A DNA stretch of 64,000 nt from Epithemia pelagica (lineage: Eukaryota; Protista; Bacillariophyta): NCBI GenBank assembly GCA_946965045.2, contig OX337234.1:682001-746000 (forward strand). Reading direction: 5' to 3'. Of this stretch, positions 1 to 13,032 are shown piece after piece. Numbering within the stretch: position 1 is the first letter of the stretch; each line of letters begins with the position of its first letter. The translations under genes and the position numbers were made by a program. The notes below the pieces were generated by a model. The model ran no database searches and was not told the DNA's origin. It worked only from the letters and a program-made list of their open reading frames with translations.

Positions 1-2173
1 AGGAGTAGGAGTACTTCATAACGGTTCCAAGGACTCCTTTCCAAAACAAGATCTCTGAACTCTGATGGTATTGACTCTTCTAGGTAGGTATTTCTCTTAA
101 CTTGAAACTCTACACTCGTTGTTCCTTTTCTGTTCGTCTTGTGTCGCCATCGTATATTCGACTGAGTTCAGAATGAACGTGTCGGGTAAGCCGGCAGGCT
201 AAGGGTGGAAAAACATAAAACATCAAAGACCGGAAAAAAAATTCTTAGCCCAGAAGTCAAATTTCAGTACCAAACACCAAAACCCCCAACAAGAAACACA
301 AAATCGCCGGGCCAACCCCAATTCAAAAACATTCGAGTATGTCTTCGTACTTCATAGTGTGCCTCTAGCTTGTAGTTGCGAGAGTATGCCATACAACTAG
401 AAGTTGCCCTTTCCGTTGCGGAAACCATGCCAAAAATACAACTCTGCACTATGAAAGTAAGTGTACTTCATGACTGAAATACAACTTTTCTCACATTTTT
501 CATTTCACGTACACCTTCGGCCCTTGTGGTGGCAATCCAAAATCCTACAACAGCAACAGCAACAACCATCCACAAGAGTCGTCGTCGTGATTGTATTCGT
601 TGGTCTCCGACAAGGCACTGCTCCTGCATTCCCGCATCTACCAAGTCTTTATGGCGCGACAACAAGACCAAACACCAGACCAGGTGGCAGCCGAAAGAGC
701 AACAAGGGCTCCTCCTCCTGCCCGAAAACCTGCGACTGTCGAGCGTCGGGAATACTGTTGGTCGGCGTAATGGGCCACCTTGAGCCTTGTCGCAAGAAGC
801 ACCCATCGCCATGATGACGATGTCGACATCACAGCACCATCATCAACAAGACAACAACGACAAGTCGTTGTGCGCACGCAATTGCTCAAGGCCACAAACC
901 AAACGAGCTTCCCGTTCAACCATGTTCTCTACACGGGACGGTTGAGATAATAACAAGCCAGGCCGCCGTACACATCACACAAAAGTGGTGGTGGTGGACT
1001 CTCCATTCAGTCATCCTTATTGGAAAGAAAGCAACAAACGAAGGAACTAGAGTATTGTTGTTGGTTGTCGTCTCAAGGTAGAATTTAATCTCACGAGCAT
1101 GTCCATAAAAAAGAATCACCAAAACACCTCCATGTTCGTCCTTAGGGGACACTTTGAATCATTCTGCACTCGGACACTGCCCGTACTACCTAGTAGGTAG
1201 GAGTAATAGGTTGGTAGAATAGACCCAAGAGATCCAAAAGAGTCATACCATCCGCCTCTTTGGTCCTTAGAGAACGGTTTTTTTGTCCAATTTCACGGTC
1301 GCACTGAAACGGAGGGTATCTAGATACCTTTCTCCCAGACGATACATTCTGTGGATGGTCGAGGGGCGAGAATTGTGGTCTTCTCTTCTACTCCTATGAA
1401 TGAACGATGGACAACACCCAGTGCAGTGAATTTGAGTGAGTGTATGTGCTACTACTACAGGAGTCTCTTAGTGGACGGATATCGGGTGGAGGAAGGGCTA
1501 TTTTGGCAAATGTTTGCTGCCATGTTGGGAGATTCAAACAACGGCTTCTCCTGTCCACGAACGTGACGGCTGGATCCTGGTGGTACGATAGATTGGTAGA
1601 GAGAAGGCGACTATGGCACCATGTTTGGGCACCTGGAGAGGCTCATACAGAATCGCCAAGGAGATTTTATTCCGCTCTACCTACAGAGGTGTTGGAGTAA
1701 ATTGGAAAAGAAGATAGATAAGGTAGCAAAGGTATCGTCTTGTGGATGCCCACCCACTATGGCGTATAAAGTATCGTAGGAATGTACCAGAAGCTACGTA
1801 GTTTCACTCACCGTTGTATTTTGTTCGGATACTACGGGAGTATCCATCGCAAATTGGATCTGAGTCTTGGCTTCAGTCATGAATGACATAGTCGTCTGCC
1901 CATCATCCGAAGCAAATGAATCGACTTTGGGCTTTGGGGGCCGGCAATTTTCAATCACGGGTATTCTACAGGCCATTTGACTGAATTCAGTCTATCTTCG
2001 ACACCCTCTCCTTTCGTGACCAAATCAAGTATAGCGATAAAAAGTATATCACAATGTAGATCTTGAACCGAGCTTTCTAAGGAGTATAACATTGCTACAG
2101 CAATTCCTGTTTTTTCTACAAGAAGTAAGGGGTCGTTGTGGGTGCATTTTCGGGTGGTCTTTTCCGGCGGAAT

Positions 2174-4360
2174 TTAGCATGGCGATGAAAGATTGTTTTC
2201 GACTGCAATAAGATGAAGTGCATAACATTCATTGCAGCGATAGACCCCTAGAGAGCACTTGCAATAGCCACGAGTTTGTCGTGTGCAAGAAACACATTTG
2301 TGCTGAGGATAGTCACTCTTTGCTTCGACCATTCGCTCGCCATGAAATTTTTTTCCCTTGGGTAGCGTGCAGTAGGCATGAGCAGAGATTCGTTGTTTCT
2401 TGGCTTTTTTATCCGGTGTAACATCAGTTTCCTCATTGAAATACTCATTGTAGATTAGTGCTTCGGCGAGGGACTTCCTGAACTCGATTTGGCTGGTTGG
2501 ATCGCTTCCACAGAACTCGACCATCCCCAAACTGACATTCACCTCTGTCACTGCGAGCAAAAAAGCAAAGACCCTGTTCGGCCACCACTTCGTAGCCCAA
2601 ATCTCCTCAATACTAATAGGAGAATGTCGTTTATTGTTGTGATCATCGACAGAGTGTCGATACAAGAAGTGATTTCCAATCACTTCTGGATACGAAAATT
2701 TTTTCCTGCTCCCATCATCGAGTTCGCGCTGTGTTTCTCTGCCCGTCCGTTGATTTGTTCCGTACGTTGACATGAGCGACATGACATACTCTGGCTCTTT
2801 CATGGCATAAACATGAAAGTCAACCTCATCCATTTGTCCTTTCCATGCGTCACAATCACCCACTTCCTTGTCATCAAAGTGGTCTTTGATGTCATCACCC
2901 TTGATGTACTTAGGCCAATAACGCCGCTTTTTGATCAGGGCAGAAGCATACACTCCCCTCTTCTTCAACTCAATGATGCCTTTCAAAACACAGAAGCCAC
3001 TATCCAAGACAACAACAGAGCCTCTTCCAAAAATTGGCTCAAGCACTCGCAACAACAATCCAACAGTGTTTCCAAGGTTGTTGAATTTTGGCTTGGGATG
3101 AGCCGTGGCACGTGGAGCATCTTTCCCTTCCACAAGCTCAATACCCCACATAATACCTGACATCGAACAACAAACAGAATGGTACTCATTGCCAAAAGGA
3201 TGTGGCTTTCTCGGCACAAACATCCATCCAGGGCATGTATATTTGTTTGTCCATGGGCTCATACTCTCGTCCAGACATGAGACCCACGAAGGAGTAAATT
3301 GTTGTGTCATGTTTTTGTTCCACGCATCCACTAACTGCCTGACCTCCCAGAATTTGTCCGTGTATTGTGGCTTGTTGCAATCTGTGTAGAAGATCGACCG
3401 TAGGATCGCATCAAAACGCTTTCGCGACATGAGGTCATTGAGTCGCCACAGGGCACCTCTGAACCTGTCCACGTCCACCAACGACCAAAATGCTCCACGA
3501 TCCGGTCCGTTGATTGTTGACATCAATAACCAAATGCCGAGCCACCGCAAGAACTCCCCATAGGACAGCTCACGATGGAATCCATTCTCTGTGAGTCGCT
3601 TGTTTGTTTGGGGGATGATGACATCCTTCACAAAGGTCGTGAAGAAGAATAGCTCAAACAGGTTGAAAAGGGATGGCTTGATGTGAGGAGGATACGAGAT
3701 TCTTGCCTTTAAGCGGCGTCCTCCAGCCAGAGCTCTGTAGCAACTGCCTGAGTGCTCCCATTCACCAAAAACCCCATCTGTAGTTTCGTTTGGATTAGGA
3801 ATGTTCTCTGGAGCTGGCTCGTTGTCGTCATCAATCATTGTGTCGTCCACAAGATTTTGAGCCATTGCCAAATCATCCGCTTGAATACCCACACCGCCAG
3901 TTGTTGTTGTTGCGGTGACAAGTCTCTGCAGCTCTTGTGGAACATTTTCTTCTCCACCACCATCATTATTGTTGGCGTTGTCGTTGTTCGCTTCATTCGC
4001 GTCTTGCGTGTTTTGTTGTTGGTTCTGTGCCGCCACTCCAAGAGGCACCTCTGGAGCAAAAAAGCCCTCTTTATCTCCTTCGGTGGTCACACAGACAAAC
4101 CTTTCAATTGCCCAGCATTCAAAGTCCTCTTGTACATCTCCATGACTGGGGTGGTTGAAGATGACCACACCCTTTGGGTCTCGTCGGATTGGACGTGTTC
4201 CTTTCGCAGAAACAACAATCTGCACGGTCCTCTCGCCCTTGGTGAAGTTTGGATAGGCCTTTGTGACCTTATCCTTAGGATGGAGCCGCGAAACAAGGAC
4301 AGTGGCCTTTGCACCAATGCCAAGACGCAACTTTTTGGAGGCGGAGGGTGCCATGGTCAT
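2174..4360 (-). CDS. PiggyBac-like DDD transposase (DDE_Tnp_1_7 type), intact 728-aa ORF
   Basis: Catalytic-type motifs CLDESM, LDSGF and SVDDHN; YGEFLRWLGIWLLM and MSRKRFDAI N-terminal motifs; C-terminal Cys-rich domain CVSC...CKC...CNEC..H. No TTAA-flanked TIR pair was found. Confidence 0.9.
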   Translation of the reverse strand: MTMAPSASKKLRLGIGAKATVLVSRLHPKDKVTKAYPNFTKGERTVQIVVSAKGTRPIRRDPKGVVIFNHPSHGDVQEDFECWAIERFVCVTTEGDKEGFFAPEVPLGVAAQNQQQNTQDANEANNDNANNNDGGGEENVPQELQRLVTATTTTGGVGIQADDLAMAQNLVDDTMIDDDNEPAPENIPNPNETTDGVFGEWEHSGSCYRALAGGRRLKARISYPPHIKPSLFNLFELFFFTTFVKDVIIPQTNKRLTENGFHRELSYGEFLRWLGIWLLMSTINGPDRGAFWSLVDVDRFRGALWRLNDLMSRKRFDAILRSIFYTDCNKPQYTDKFWEVRQLVDAWNKNMTQQFTPSWVSCLDESMSPWTNKYTCPGWMFVPRKPHPFGNEYHSVCCSMSGIMWGIELVEGKDAPRATAHPKPKFNNLGNTVGLLLRVLEPIFGRGSVVVLDSGFCVLKGIIELKKRGVYASALIKKRRYWPKYIKGDDIKDHFDDKEVGDCDAWKGQMDEVDFHVYAMKEPEYVMSLMSTYGTNQRTGRETQRELDDGSRKKFSYPEVIGNHFLYRHSVDDHNNKRHSPISIEEIWATKWWPNRVFAFLLAVTEVNVSLGMVEFCGSDPTSQIEFRKSLAEALIYNEYFNEETDVTPDKKAKKQRISAHAYCTLPKGKKFHGERMVEAKSDYPQHKCVSCTRQTRGYCKCSLGVYRCNECYALHLIAVENNLSSPC

Positions 4361-4785
4361 CGTGTGAAATCACACAACACACAACAGAGAAAAAAAAACG
4401 AGCGATGAATGAGGCTACGAAAATGTAACTTCTAATCGTAGGACAACTTTATACTTTTACGACTAGATAGCGATGATATTGAAGATGACAATGTCCAAAG
4501 GACGGGCCATGGTCGATGCTTGGTCAAGAGGAGGAAACTTTTTGATCTAGGCGGAATTCAGCCCCATCGGCTGAATTCAGCATGGGGTGCAAAATATCCG
4601 ATCATTATAATTTAAATTTTATAGTAACGTTCATGTTCAACATCGGGGGTGTAAAGAAGGGTTGGATGAACTAATCCAGAAACGAAGCGCAGCCTTAACG
4701 CCATACGTAAGGAACGGGTTTTAAGGGTAACGGATTAGAAAATAAACTACTCCCATAAAAAATATGGGATCAGTGCTTTGACTCT

Positions 4786-5635
4786 GACCCTTAAGCCTCT
4801 ACGAAACGAAAGTTGAAAGGTGACAGGTGACACGTCATCATTTTCATAAAAATTACCTCTTATACCCGGGTAATCTTGCTTTTCAACTTTCGGGGTTACG
4901 AAAGTTGGCGCCAACTTTCGTAGGCCAACGAAAGTAGAAGGCGTTTCAGATGTGCAAAGCGTTTAGACAATGTATGAATATGTAGTATATCTACATCCGC
5001 TCCGCGGAGTGGGGAGGCACCGCTCCGCGGAGTGGGGAGGCACTTGTCGGGGCTATTGACTCCGAGAAGGGCAATAGCTCCGAGAAATGGACCGCCTTCT
5101 AAATCTGCGTCAGCGGATTTGGTGGTCCACGACGAGGAGCTATTGCCCGCCGAGGAGTCAATAGCCCCGACAAGTGCCCCCACGACCAGGAGGGGATGTC
5201 GCTTGCTTCTATAACCTCCGAGTCCCCCCCCCCTAATTAACTGTCACACTTTATTCCCAGGACTGGTTTTTTTGCTCCGCACTACCTTTTTTTGCTCCGC
5301 ACTTGCTCATGAGAGCGCGGCCGTCGTGGGCAATATAAGGCTATATTAGACGAAAATCCTACTTCCATTCCGAGGAGCTATAGTAGTTGTTCACAACGCT
5401 CAAGAGTGTTGATCGCAGGCGTTGGTCGGTGCGTCCTGTGTACGTCACAATTCTTTGAGAATTATTTTAGAAGTCAATTTATTGAAGTGGAAATGGGGGG
5501 AAAATGGGGGATGAATGGGGACAAGGCGCGGTTCTAGTTTTCGTTTCGCAGACACGTAAGGAAGCAAAATCCCGCCAAAACGAAACTAATGTCGATGTCA
5601 GCTTTCAACTTTCGTTTCGTAGAGGCATAAGGGTC
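4786..5635. mobile_element. MITE-like non-coding element (850 bp) with terminal inverted repeats of about 34 bp
   Basis: 4786-4819 gacccttaagcctctacgaaacgaaagttgaaag is the reverse complement of the sequence ending at 5635, with 1 mismatch. Internally there is a 26-bp palindrome (4897-4922) and a 23-bp tandem duplication near 4997-5042. No clear TSD. Confidence 0.65.
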
Positions 5636-6519
5636 GGCCTTATAGTACCCATCACCATCATGTGGTATCTCTTTGATTCACTCCCGTCTTATGTGATCCA
5701 TTGCGATAGAAAGGCTTGAGCGTGAGGAATGTGGGGGTAACCCTATAGTTGGTCAAGAGCCTACAGATAAAAATTGAGGGGGCGATGTATGCTGAAGTTA
5801 AATGGGGGGTCCAGGGCTATAGGGGGTCAGGAATTTGCAAATTACGGTTGGCAGTTGGCAGCCCATAAATGAAGTCAACTCAGCTTTTAACTTTGAAGTC
5901 AGTTCTTGGTAGAGGTCGGTTCCGCGGTAAGCAGTCACGCATCTCGCTGGAGATCCAGCGCTAGAGAATCCCCAGCAGAGATTTTCTGTTGCGTGTATAT
6001 GTTAGTCACCGTACTCTTTTCTCTGCACTGGTCACTATTTATCCTTTCTCATTTGTTTGTTTCATATTGTGTCATTCATTTGCTCCACACAGCCTTCCAA
6101 AGTGTCTGATTGCAATGACAATGATGACTCTTCAACTGTGGAAGAGTGCAATATGGAGAGCAGTCCGAAGCACACCCCCAAAATGAAGGTTCTGTAAGAG
6201 GACACCTATCAGTGTATTCTTGAAAGAAGATAATATTGACATGGCAACAAAACAAAAAGATTCTGCTGGAGACCAAGCAACTATTCCACCACTGGAAAGG
6301 AAAGCTCTCACCAAGATAAGTGCTCTAGTTACTACTCCCCTAGCTAGGCATTTTCATCATGGTAGCACAGGTAGTCTTATCTCCAGCGGATGCGCATACC
6401 ACAGACCTCTCCATCGCACTCCAGCAGAGATGAGCTGTTGCGGGACCGACCTCTACCTAGAGATCTTGGAACACACAAACTCAACAAATTCTTGAAAAAG
6501 GAACAATTCAACTGCCACA

Positions 6520-6851
6520 AAAGTTCTGCAACTTGACTTTTTCAGAAAGAAAAGTCGACTTAAAGTCAGAAACTAAGATATTGACTTTTCCACGATACGA
6601 GATACGAGTAATGGTAGAAGTCGCAGCACACGGTGACGGTGGAAGGTCAGAGTTCAGAACTTGACTTCATGAAAAACATTAAGTCAAAGTAGAAAATGTG
6701 GTGCTCTCCAACTTGATTTCACTGAGAAAAGAGAAAAGTCATGGGATCTCGGCTGGAAATTGACTTGACTTTCATGAAAAAAGTTAAAAGTTGGTAATTT
6801 AAGCTTAAAAGTGCAAAACAGTCAACTAGAACTTCAACACTCAACACCCTG
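6520..6851. repeat. Cluster of short ACTTGACTT/AAGTC subterminal-like repeats ending in CACCCTG, a possible DNA-transposon end
   Basis: Many aacttgacttt/aaagtc motifs in both orientations, ending abruptly at ...caacactcaacaccctg. The partner end was not found in the window. Confidence 0.35.
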
Positions 6852-7134
6852 GTTGCGTTTTGCGTGATCACTGTGAGATGTGACCGTTCACACTTCCGCG
6901 CGAAGCCATCGTCCGACGCGCGCGCATGGTCGTTTCACGGATGAAGGAGGTGTGTGTCTTATTTTGCCTGCAACTTCCGGTAATGGACTCAAAACGTACG
7001 AAATCTTTCTACTTCTCAGAGTATCGTCGCGATAAAACACCCGTTTTCATATTGCGTTATCACACACCAATAGCTCTGATATGATCATATCGGATACAGA
7101 TTCTTTCGATATGAGGCAAGCATCCCGAGTCACG

Positions 7135-7440
7135 GATGTCGGGGGACATTGTAGATGTCGTTTATGTCTTTTGATGTCGTTTGATGTCGTTTGATGTCGT
7201 TTGATGTTTTTATCGCCAAAAGAATCTCTACTCTCCAGCAGTTCGTATTATTCAACAGAAAAAACACGACTGACTGACGTTAGGCCCATGGCGAAAGACA
7301 TTTCAAAAGGCCCATATGAGCACCGCTTGATTTTGACTCAAACCATGTTTCCGCGCGAGCCCGAAACGACATCAAACGACATCAAACGACATCCCTCACG
7401 ACATCCCTCACGACATCAAACGACATCCCTCACGACATTC
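7135..7440. repeat. Two oppositely oriented arrays of a 10-bp unit (GATGTCGTTT / AAACGACATC)
   Basis: gatgtcgttt repeated at 7154-7206; aaacgacatc and cctcacgacatc repeated at 7364-7440; spacer of about 160 bp. Confidence 0.85.
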
Positions 7441-7595
7441 CCGTTTGTTCCATACTAGAGATTGGAAAACCATCCTCTATGGTTTCATAATACGTATTTT
7501 GTATTAATATCGATCCGTTGTCGAAGAAGTTCTTGGTCTTATCCACTGGGTATTGCTAGCGGATACGGGACTCAAGGGTACTTACCGGAAGTTGC

Positions 7596-7753
7596 TGTGG
7601 GAGCAAAATCCCACTATCGTAACAACATTCTTACCGATAACAAGAATTATACTACGTTCAAAGCAGAGACAAGAAAAGTAACCATGTAAGCGGTAACATC
7701 AGCTTCTGTGGGTCTTGGATGTTCGTGATCGAGCTATCAGCCGGAATAAGACA
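7596..7753 (-). repeat. 3' LTR of the Gypsy-like element (outer end probably truncated)
   Basis: Matches 13245-13402 except for a c/t difference (ctacgttcaaag vs ctacgtttaaag). Confidence 0.9.
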
Positions 7754-7799
7754 GTCCCCGCAAGTCGATTGCCGACTTGGAATGAAGGCTGTGGCATGA

Positions 7800-10700
7800 A
7801 AACGAGAGCTCCACAACCATTCAAGCCAAAGTTCCAACCGGGCCATGTGGAGAATCATTGTAGACTGACATGAAATCATGTCACACTCATCCATTCTTGT
7901 CACTATTTGATCTCAGTTTTGCATTCGGGGCGGTCCTCCTTTTGTCTTTCTCTCCCCATGGTACGGCAGCTTTCTATAGAGCCTCGTTGTAAGATGCGTC
8001 CAAGACCAATGGCAAGGTGTATGTATGCATGTGAAGAATCCCGCGTCCACAAAAATGCCAGACCGACTCAGGCCTCCCTGTTACCCACCACAAGTAAGGA
8101 AAACCAATCCCCCTGCGGCCACTCGAGGACATGGAACTACCATGCGATCAGGTTACACAACAACACTAGCAATGCACGACATGGCCAAGAACCACGACAA
8201 CAGGAGTTGGAATGGCAACAAGATGTACTGGAATGGATTCTGGAGATCTGTTATATCGTCTTGATCCAGAATCTCTGTCTCTTCGCCTTGTTCCAGATAC
8301 CTCTTTCTTTGAACCCTGCTCCTTTTGATACCCGACAAGGCACCCCATGCCCAAATGAGCGGAACATGTGGTCCTGTCTCTGTCTAGTACATTTGCCCCA
8401 GCACATAGATGCGTACGTGATCCTGCACGATTCGCTTGTCACTTCAACTTCGTTAGCTGGATTCGAGTTAATGTTCATATAACATGCGGTTCCGTGCATC
8501 CAGAAGGTATCCTCCCCACATCGTCTGCCCAAGTGATAAATGCTATCTAATTCATTCTTTCCGACATGCCAAGGTGGGTGTCAACCAGATGCACCATTTG
8601 TTGTCATCGCACTCCCTAACTTTTCTGCAGCTGTGCTGTACGGGTAATTCCTTGTTCTCTCTACCACGTATCAAATCTTTCCGAATTTCCCCTCCACATC
8701 AGCAAGGAAGGAAGTATCTCGCAACCTCTGCTAGCTGCACACCTGTTCATCTTCCATTATCGCGAGCAACCATGTTTTGATAACTTGCCCCGTGCACCAA
8801 AGATCATACCAATTCAAGAGTCAGATATGTGTCTCCAATGTCCCCGCTTTCTTGGTCGATATAAGGAATGCACCGTCCCCGTCTTCTTGCTTTCCAAACT
8901 ATGAGGTCCCCGTCTTCTTGCTGCAATTCCCATTCCCATCCCAGGCCCAGGCTGTCATCATCTATCATTTTTCGAAAACTCTTCCCGCGTCATAAGTCAC
9001 AAGGTTTCTCCAATACCCCAATCATTCCCAATTCTGTGATTCAATTCTCCCAGCGTGGTGTCACATTTTCCACAGATCCGATTCTTCTGCCTCACATTTA
9101 TAGTATCTGTTGCCACCAAATCCATATCTGACCAACCTCTACTGTCTCCATTCACTCCTGAGCCGAGCATGCCCTTAACTGGCCATGCAGATCATTTCCA
9201 CTTCATTTCAGGCCTTCTCGGATGGTTCCTGACAACAACCCCTTTCATCGCAAACAAGGAGAATCCTCCTCGGCAGTCACGAACAAAAACTCTGTCTGCA
9301 TGCACAGAGAGCAGCCCATACATAGTCTGCAACCCGAGGTGTATCTCTCTCCAGTTTATGTTTGTCTGGGCAACCTCATCAGGAATCATGTTGTTTCCTC
9401 CAACACAATGCTCCTGTTTGTCCCTAATGATCCAGAGACTTTCCCTCCGATTTTTTTAGTGCATTTGTGCTTCCTCTGGTTTGCCGGCACCTGGCCAATA
9501 GTGTCATTTCTCTTGCACTTGCATCTCTTCCGACGACAATGGTATTTCGCGTTCTCCCGTGCACTTGCACATCCTCTCCTTACCACAAATGTCACCACCT
9601 CCAGGATGCCTGCGGCCTCCTTGACCCCTCCTTTCTTGCACTACAGCCAGCATACATCACTCGGCATTTCCTGCACAACAGCACTTCTCTCAAATAACAC
9701 ACCTGGTACGAGGACCAAATACCCAAGGAAATCCCAGAATGGTCTGACTGATGTCATTCCCTCAAGAAAGCCAACCACATAATTGTCCCGACAAACAAGG
9801 GACATCACCTCCTGCAAGGCCCTGCATCCCTCCTCGTGGAACGACCCACTTAAAAGTGTCTACTATACCAGTACCTTTCAGCTGCCCGTCAAGTTTTCTC
9901 ATGGCGGAGGAGCCTACAGCGTCCGATCACGGTTTCCCTGGAAGTCCTTTGCCATGGATGTCAACCAGTATCGGTATCCCATGATTCCACCCTACCCCCA
10001 AAGTTCCAAAGACTTGAGCTTTTTGTGGGCCGAAGGACCGCTCTGGTCCAAGCAGAGATTCAAGTGCCAACCACACGATAGTGTCGACTTTAATCTGACC
10101 TATTCCATTACTCTCAAGAAGGGTGTGCCATCCGCCATTGGGCCACCCTGGTATTGTCCCCGTCCTCTGACAATGGAAAGCCAGAGCAAGCATGGGAGGA
10201 GGAATGTAAGCAACCAGGCCTCCCCCCTTTTTTTAGGAGATCGTGGGTATGCCTTTCACGTATTTTTGGTTCCCTTCCCGATGTATCTGGCCCTGCCCAT
10301 CTTTCCCTTCCAGGGTCCCCGCCTTGCGATCACCTTCACAAAAAAAAAACATGTCACAGCAAGTGACATCGCCTCATAGTCTTCCGCTTCCTTCTGTATT
10401 TCATCCAAATGACTTTGAATTTTCATCTTGGTAGCGGGACGCGAATCCGATCCCCACTTCTCGCGGAACCCACTTTTCGTCCCATTGTTCAGTCAGATGT
10501 TCCGTGCCCATAGCCAACAACTTCAAATGTTCCAAGCCCATAGCCAACAATCCATCACTTCTGCAATACGTATTGTCCCTTTTCAGACCATTGCGTCTCT
10601 TGATGCATGCTCCAATTTTCTCCACGCGTACCACAGTGACTCCATATCTTCCGTGGTGATGAGGGGGGCTTCGAACTCCAATTCAGTCATTGATGAACTG

Positions 10701-13032
10701 TCATTGGATGTACAAGATGGGAGAGTATCCCATGACCATCCTGCTCCATCCATTGTCAACCCACCAGGAATGTACAACTTCTCTTGCGGAAGATTCCTCT
10801 CCACGATTACAGGCCCGCGGGGCAAAGACACAGTTCCCTGTTTAAAACAAATCAACCCTATGCCAGATAGGAGCAATTTGCCATCAAAATCCAAGAGCAC
10901 CCTGACCCGAAAAGATCCTCCGATGGTATGGTCATTTGCCTTATCCTAGACAATAGTTATTAGATATGTCTTGTCTCAGTCGTCAGGATCCCACGCCAGC
11001 AATTCTGATTTGTGTGATCTTAACCTGTGGCCGCAAAACTAAATTGTGATGCAGAATCGCCATTCCAATTCTCAGTACTGCAGACACGAGTGGCCTCATA
11101 AGCACATGCTTTGTCTGGATCCGCCGTCCTCATACTCATCAACTTAAGGCGTCTCTTTCGTGACCACCTCTCCATATTCCTCATTTGATGCTACGATTCA
11201 TGTCTGTCCCCGCTGTTCCTCTTCTGCTTCTACATCCTTCCATTATCCTAGTCTACTTCCATTACCTTCCACAAAATTCTTGTCTTCAGCGGAGTTAGAT
11301 ATATCCGGTTTGGTTTTTCTCTTTCTGGTAGTTGGCCAAAAGATCCGTCGTATCCACTTCTTTTGACACTCTTTAGCGTCTTCACCTGAACCTCCGTTTA
11401 TAGCACAACTCTGCACGAGACTCCGCAGAAACAGTGTGATGCCCACAAGAAGAAACTGCCGCAAAGAAGAAACTGCCTCATCCGTAGCAATCACTTTAGA
11501 TGTCGGTGATTATCGGACTCCTCCAGTAGGCCCACTCCTCCCGTGGACCCAGAGCTGTTTGTCCCCGTCCTCCAACCATCGCTCTTGCGGAGCTATGGGA
11601 GGAGGATTCTTCTACTCCACAGGATCATCATCGACAACCCAACAGTTAGTTCTTCGTCACTATCTTGTATACTGAATGCGGAGCAGTCTCCAGCCAATTA
11701 AGTGATGTCACACTAACCTTAGTGTCTGTCGATTCATTAGAATATACTTTGTCATGGCATGGAACAGCAATATTTCTGAATATAGTCGAATGACGTGACC
11801 AGTCGATGAACAGACGACGTACAGTCTCCACGCGACTGTAAGGTTGCGGGACACAAAGAATACTTCCCCCTGTTTTGGTTCTGGTTGTGAAAAGAGACAA
11901 CACCGTGGCTGTGCTTGGGCAGGTCATCTTCCTGTTGATGGTCTTCTCACTCCACGCCTGGTCCTTCCACAAGCTGCTCAGTCGCATGACGGACCTCTCC
12001 GACAAGGCCAACCGTTGCCAGTCTCATTGGTAGGGATACAGACGAAATTGTCACTGCCAAATCGGACAATGACGACGACAGAATGGAATCGAGTCTTTCC
12101 ACCGACACCTCAGGGGCCTTGCATGGTGCCCAATAATTCTGCGATTCCACGAGGCTGATACACGCTTGGCAGCCCCAATGCTTCATCCATGTTTAACGCA
12201 ACGTTCGGATTCCAATTCGGCTACCAGTCCCAGTCGATACGAACATGACTCAGACTCCCTTTATCCAGTCGATACGAACATGACTCAGACTCCCTTTATG
12301 AAATTTCCTCGTCAGTTAACTTTCCAAGAAGGCCCATTGATGTATTGCTCCAATGCGGGAGCATGCTCCGTTGTGCCGACCATACATCATTTTCATTATT
12401 TCCGACACTGCACTCTGGTGTTAGAGGCAAAATTTACACATCCGACTTCCTACGAATAGATCCGTTTCACGAGAACTTCAATTCCTAACAAATGGGGTTA
12501 TTCCTTTTGTCGATACATTGCTTCCTCAATGCCTGATCCGGTGACACTCGTACCTTGAGTGCCACCATCCCTCCCGGATATATCCGTATTCGGTAACACC
12601 TGTACCTCGGGTGCCACCATCATTCCTAGATGCACCACGCGGTGCACCCATCCCAACAGCCATTCCCTCCACAACTATAACCTGTTGCAGACCCCGTTCC
12701 AGTATCAGATGAACCTTCCGGGTGATTTTCCCCCGGTGAAACACCGGTCTCACCTCGTTGGTGATATCCAAGGCTGTGGGATCTCCGCTTCGACTCCCTC
12801 CGCTACCTGTGGGTACTAAAATTGGCAGCAGCTTCTGCTTCCCGTTTGTGTTTCCACTCCTACTCCCTTTTTGGACTTCTGATCGCTCCCTGTTTTGATT
12901 TCCACTTTCACTGGGTTCCTTTCCTACTTCTGCATCCTTCATGGGTACTTGTGTCTCTCCCTCGGCTTCCACAGCTTCCGCTCTCACAGCTTCTGTAACA
13001 CCATCCATTTCCACAACTCCCGTGATTCCCAT
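7800..13032 (-). pseudogene. Decayed gag-pol of the Gypsy-like element
   Basis: Only short fragmented ORFs (e.g. 12526-13032, 11646-12011, 10583-10900, 9927-10193), with recognisable but corrupted retroelement motifs and many stops and frameshifts. Confidence 0.7.

Noticed and set aside
264-1976. Short ORFs on both strands before the transposase
   Set aside because: No recognisable motifs, and I could not assemble a consistent exon chain; may be a decayed gene.
4695-4795. TTAA sites as a PiggyBac right end
   Set aside because: No complementary left terminus was found within 1-2170.
5989-6495. Short ORFs in the repeat-rich interval
   Set aside because: Fragmentary, with no domain evidence.
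7568-7573. GGACTC matching the right flank of the Gypsy element as a TSD
   Set aside because: It lies 22 bp from the LTR edge and could occur by chance.
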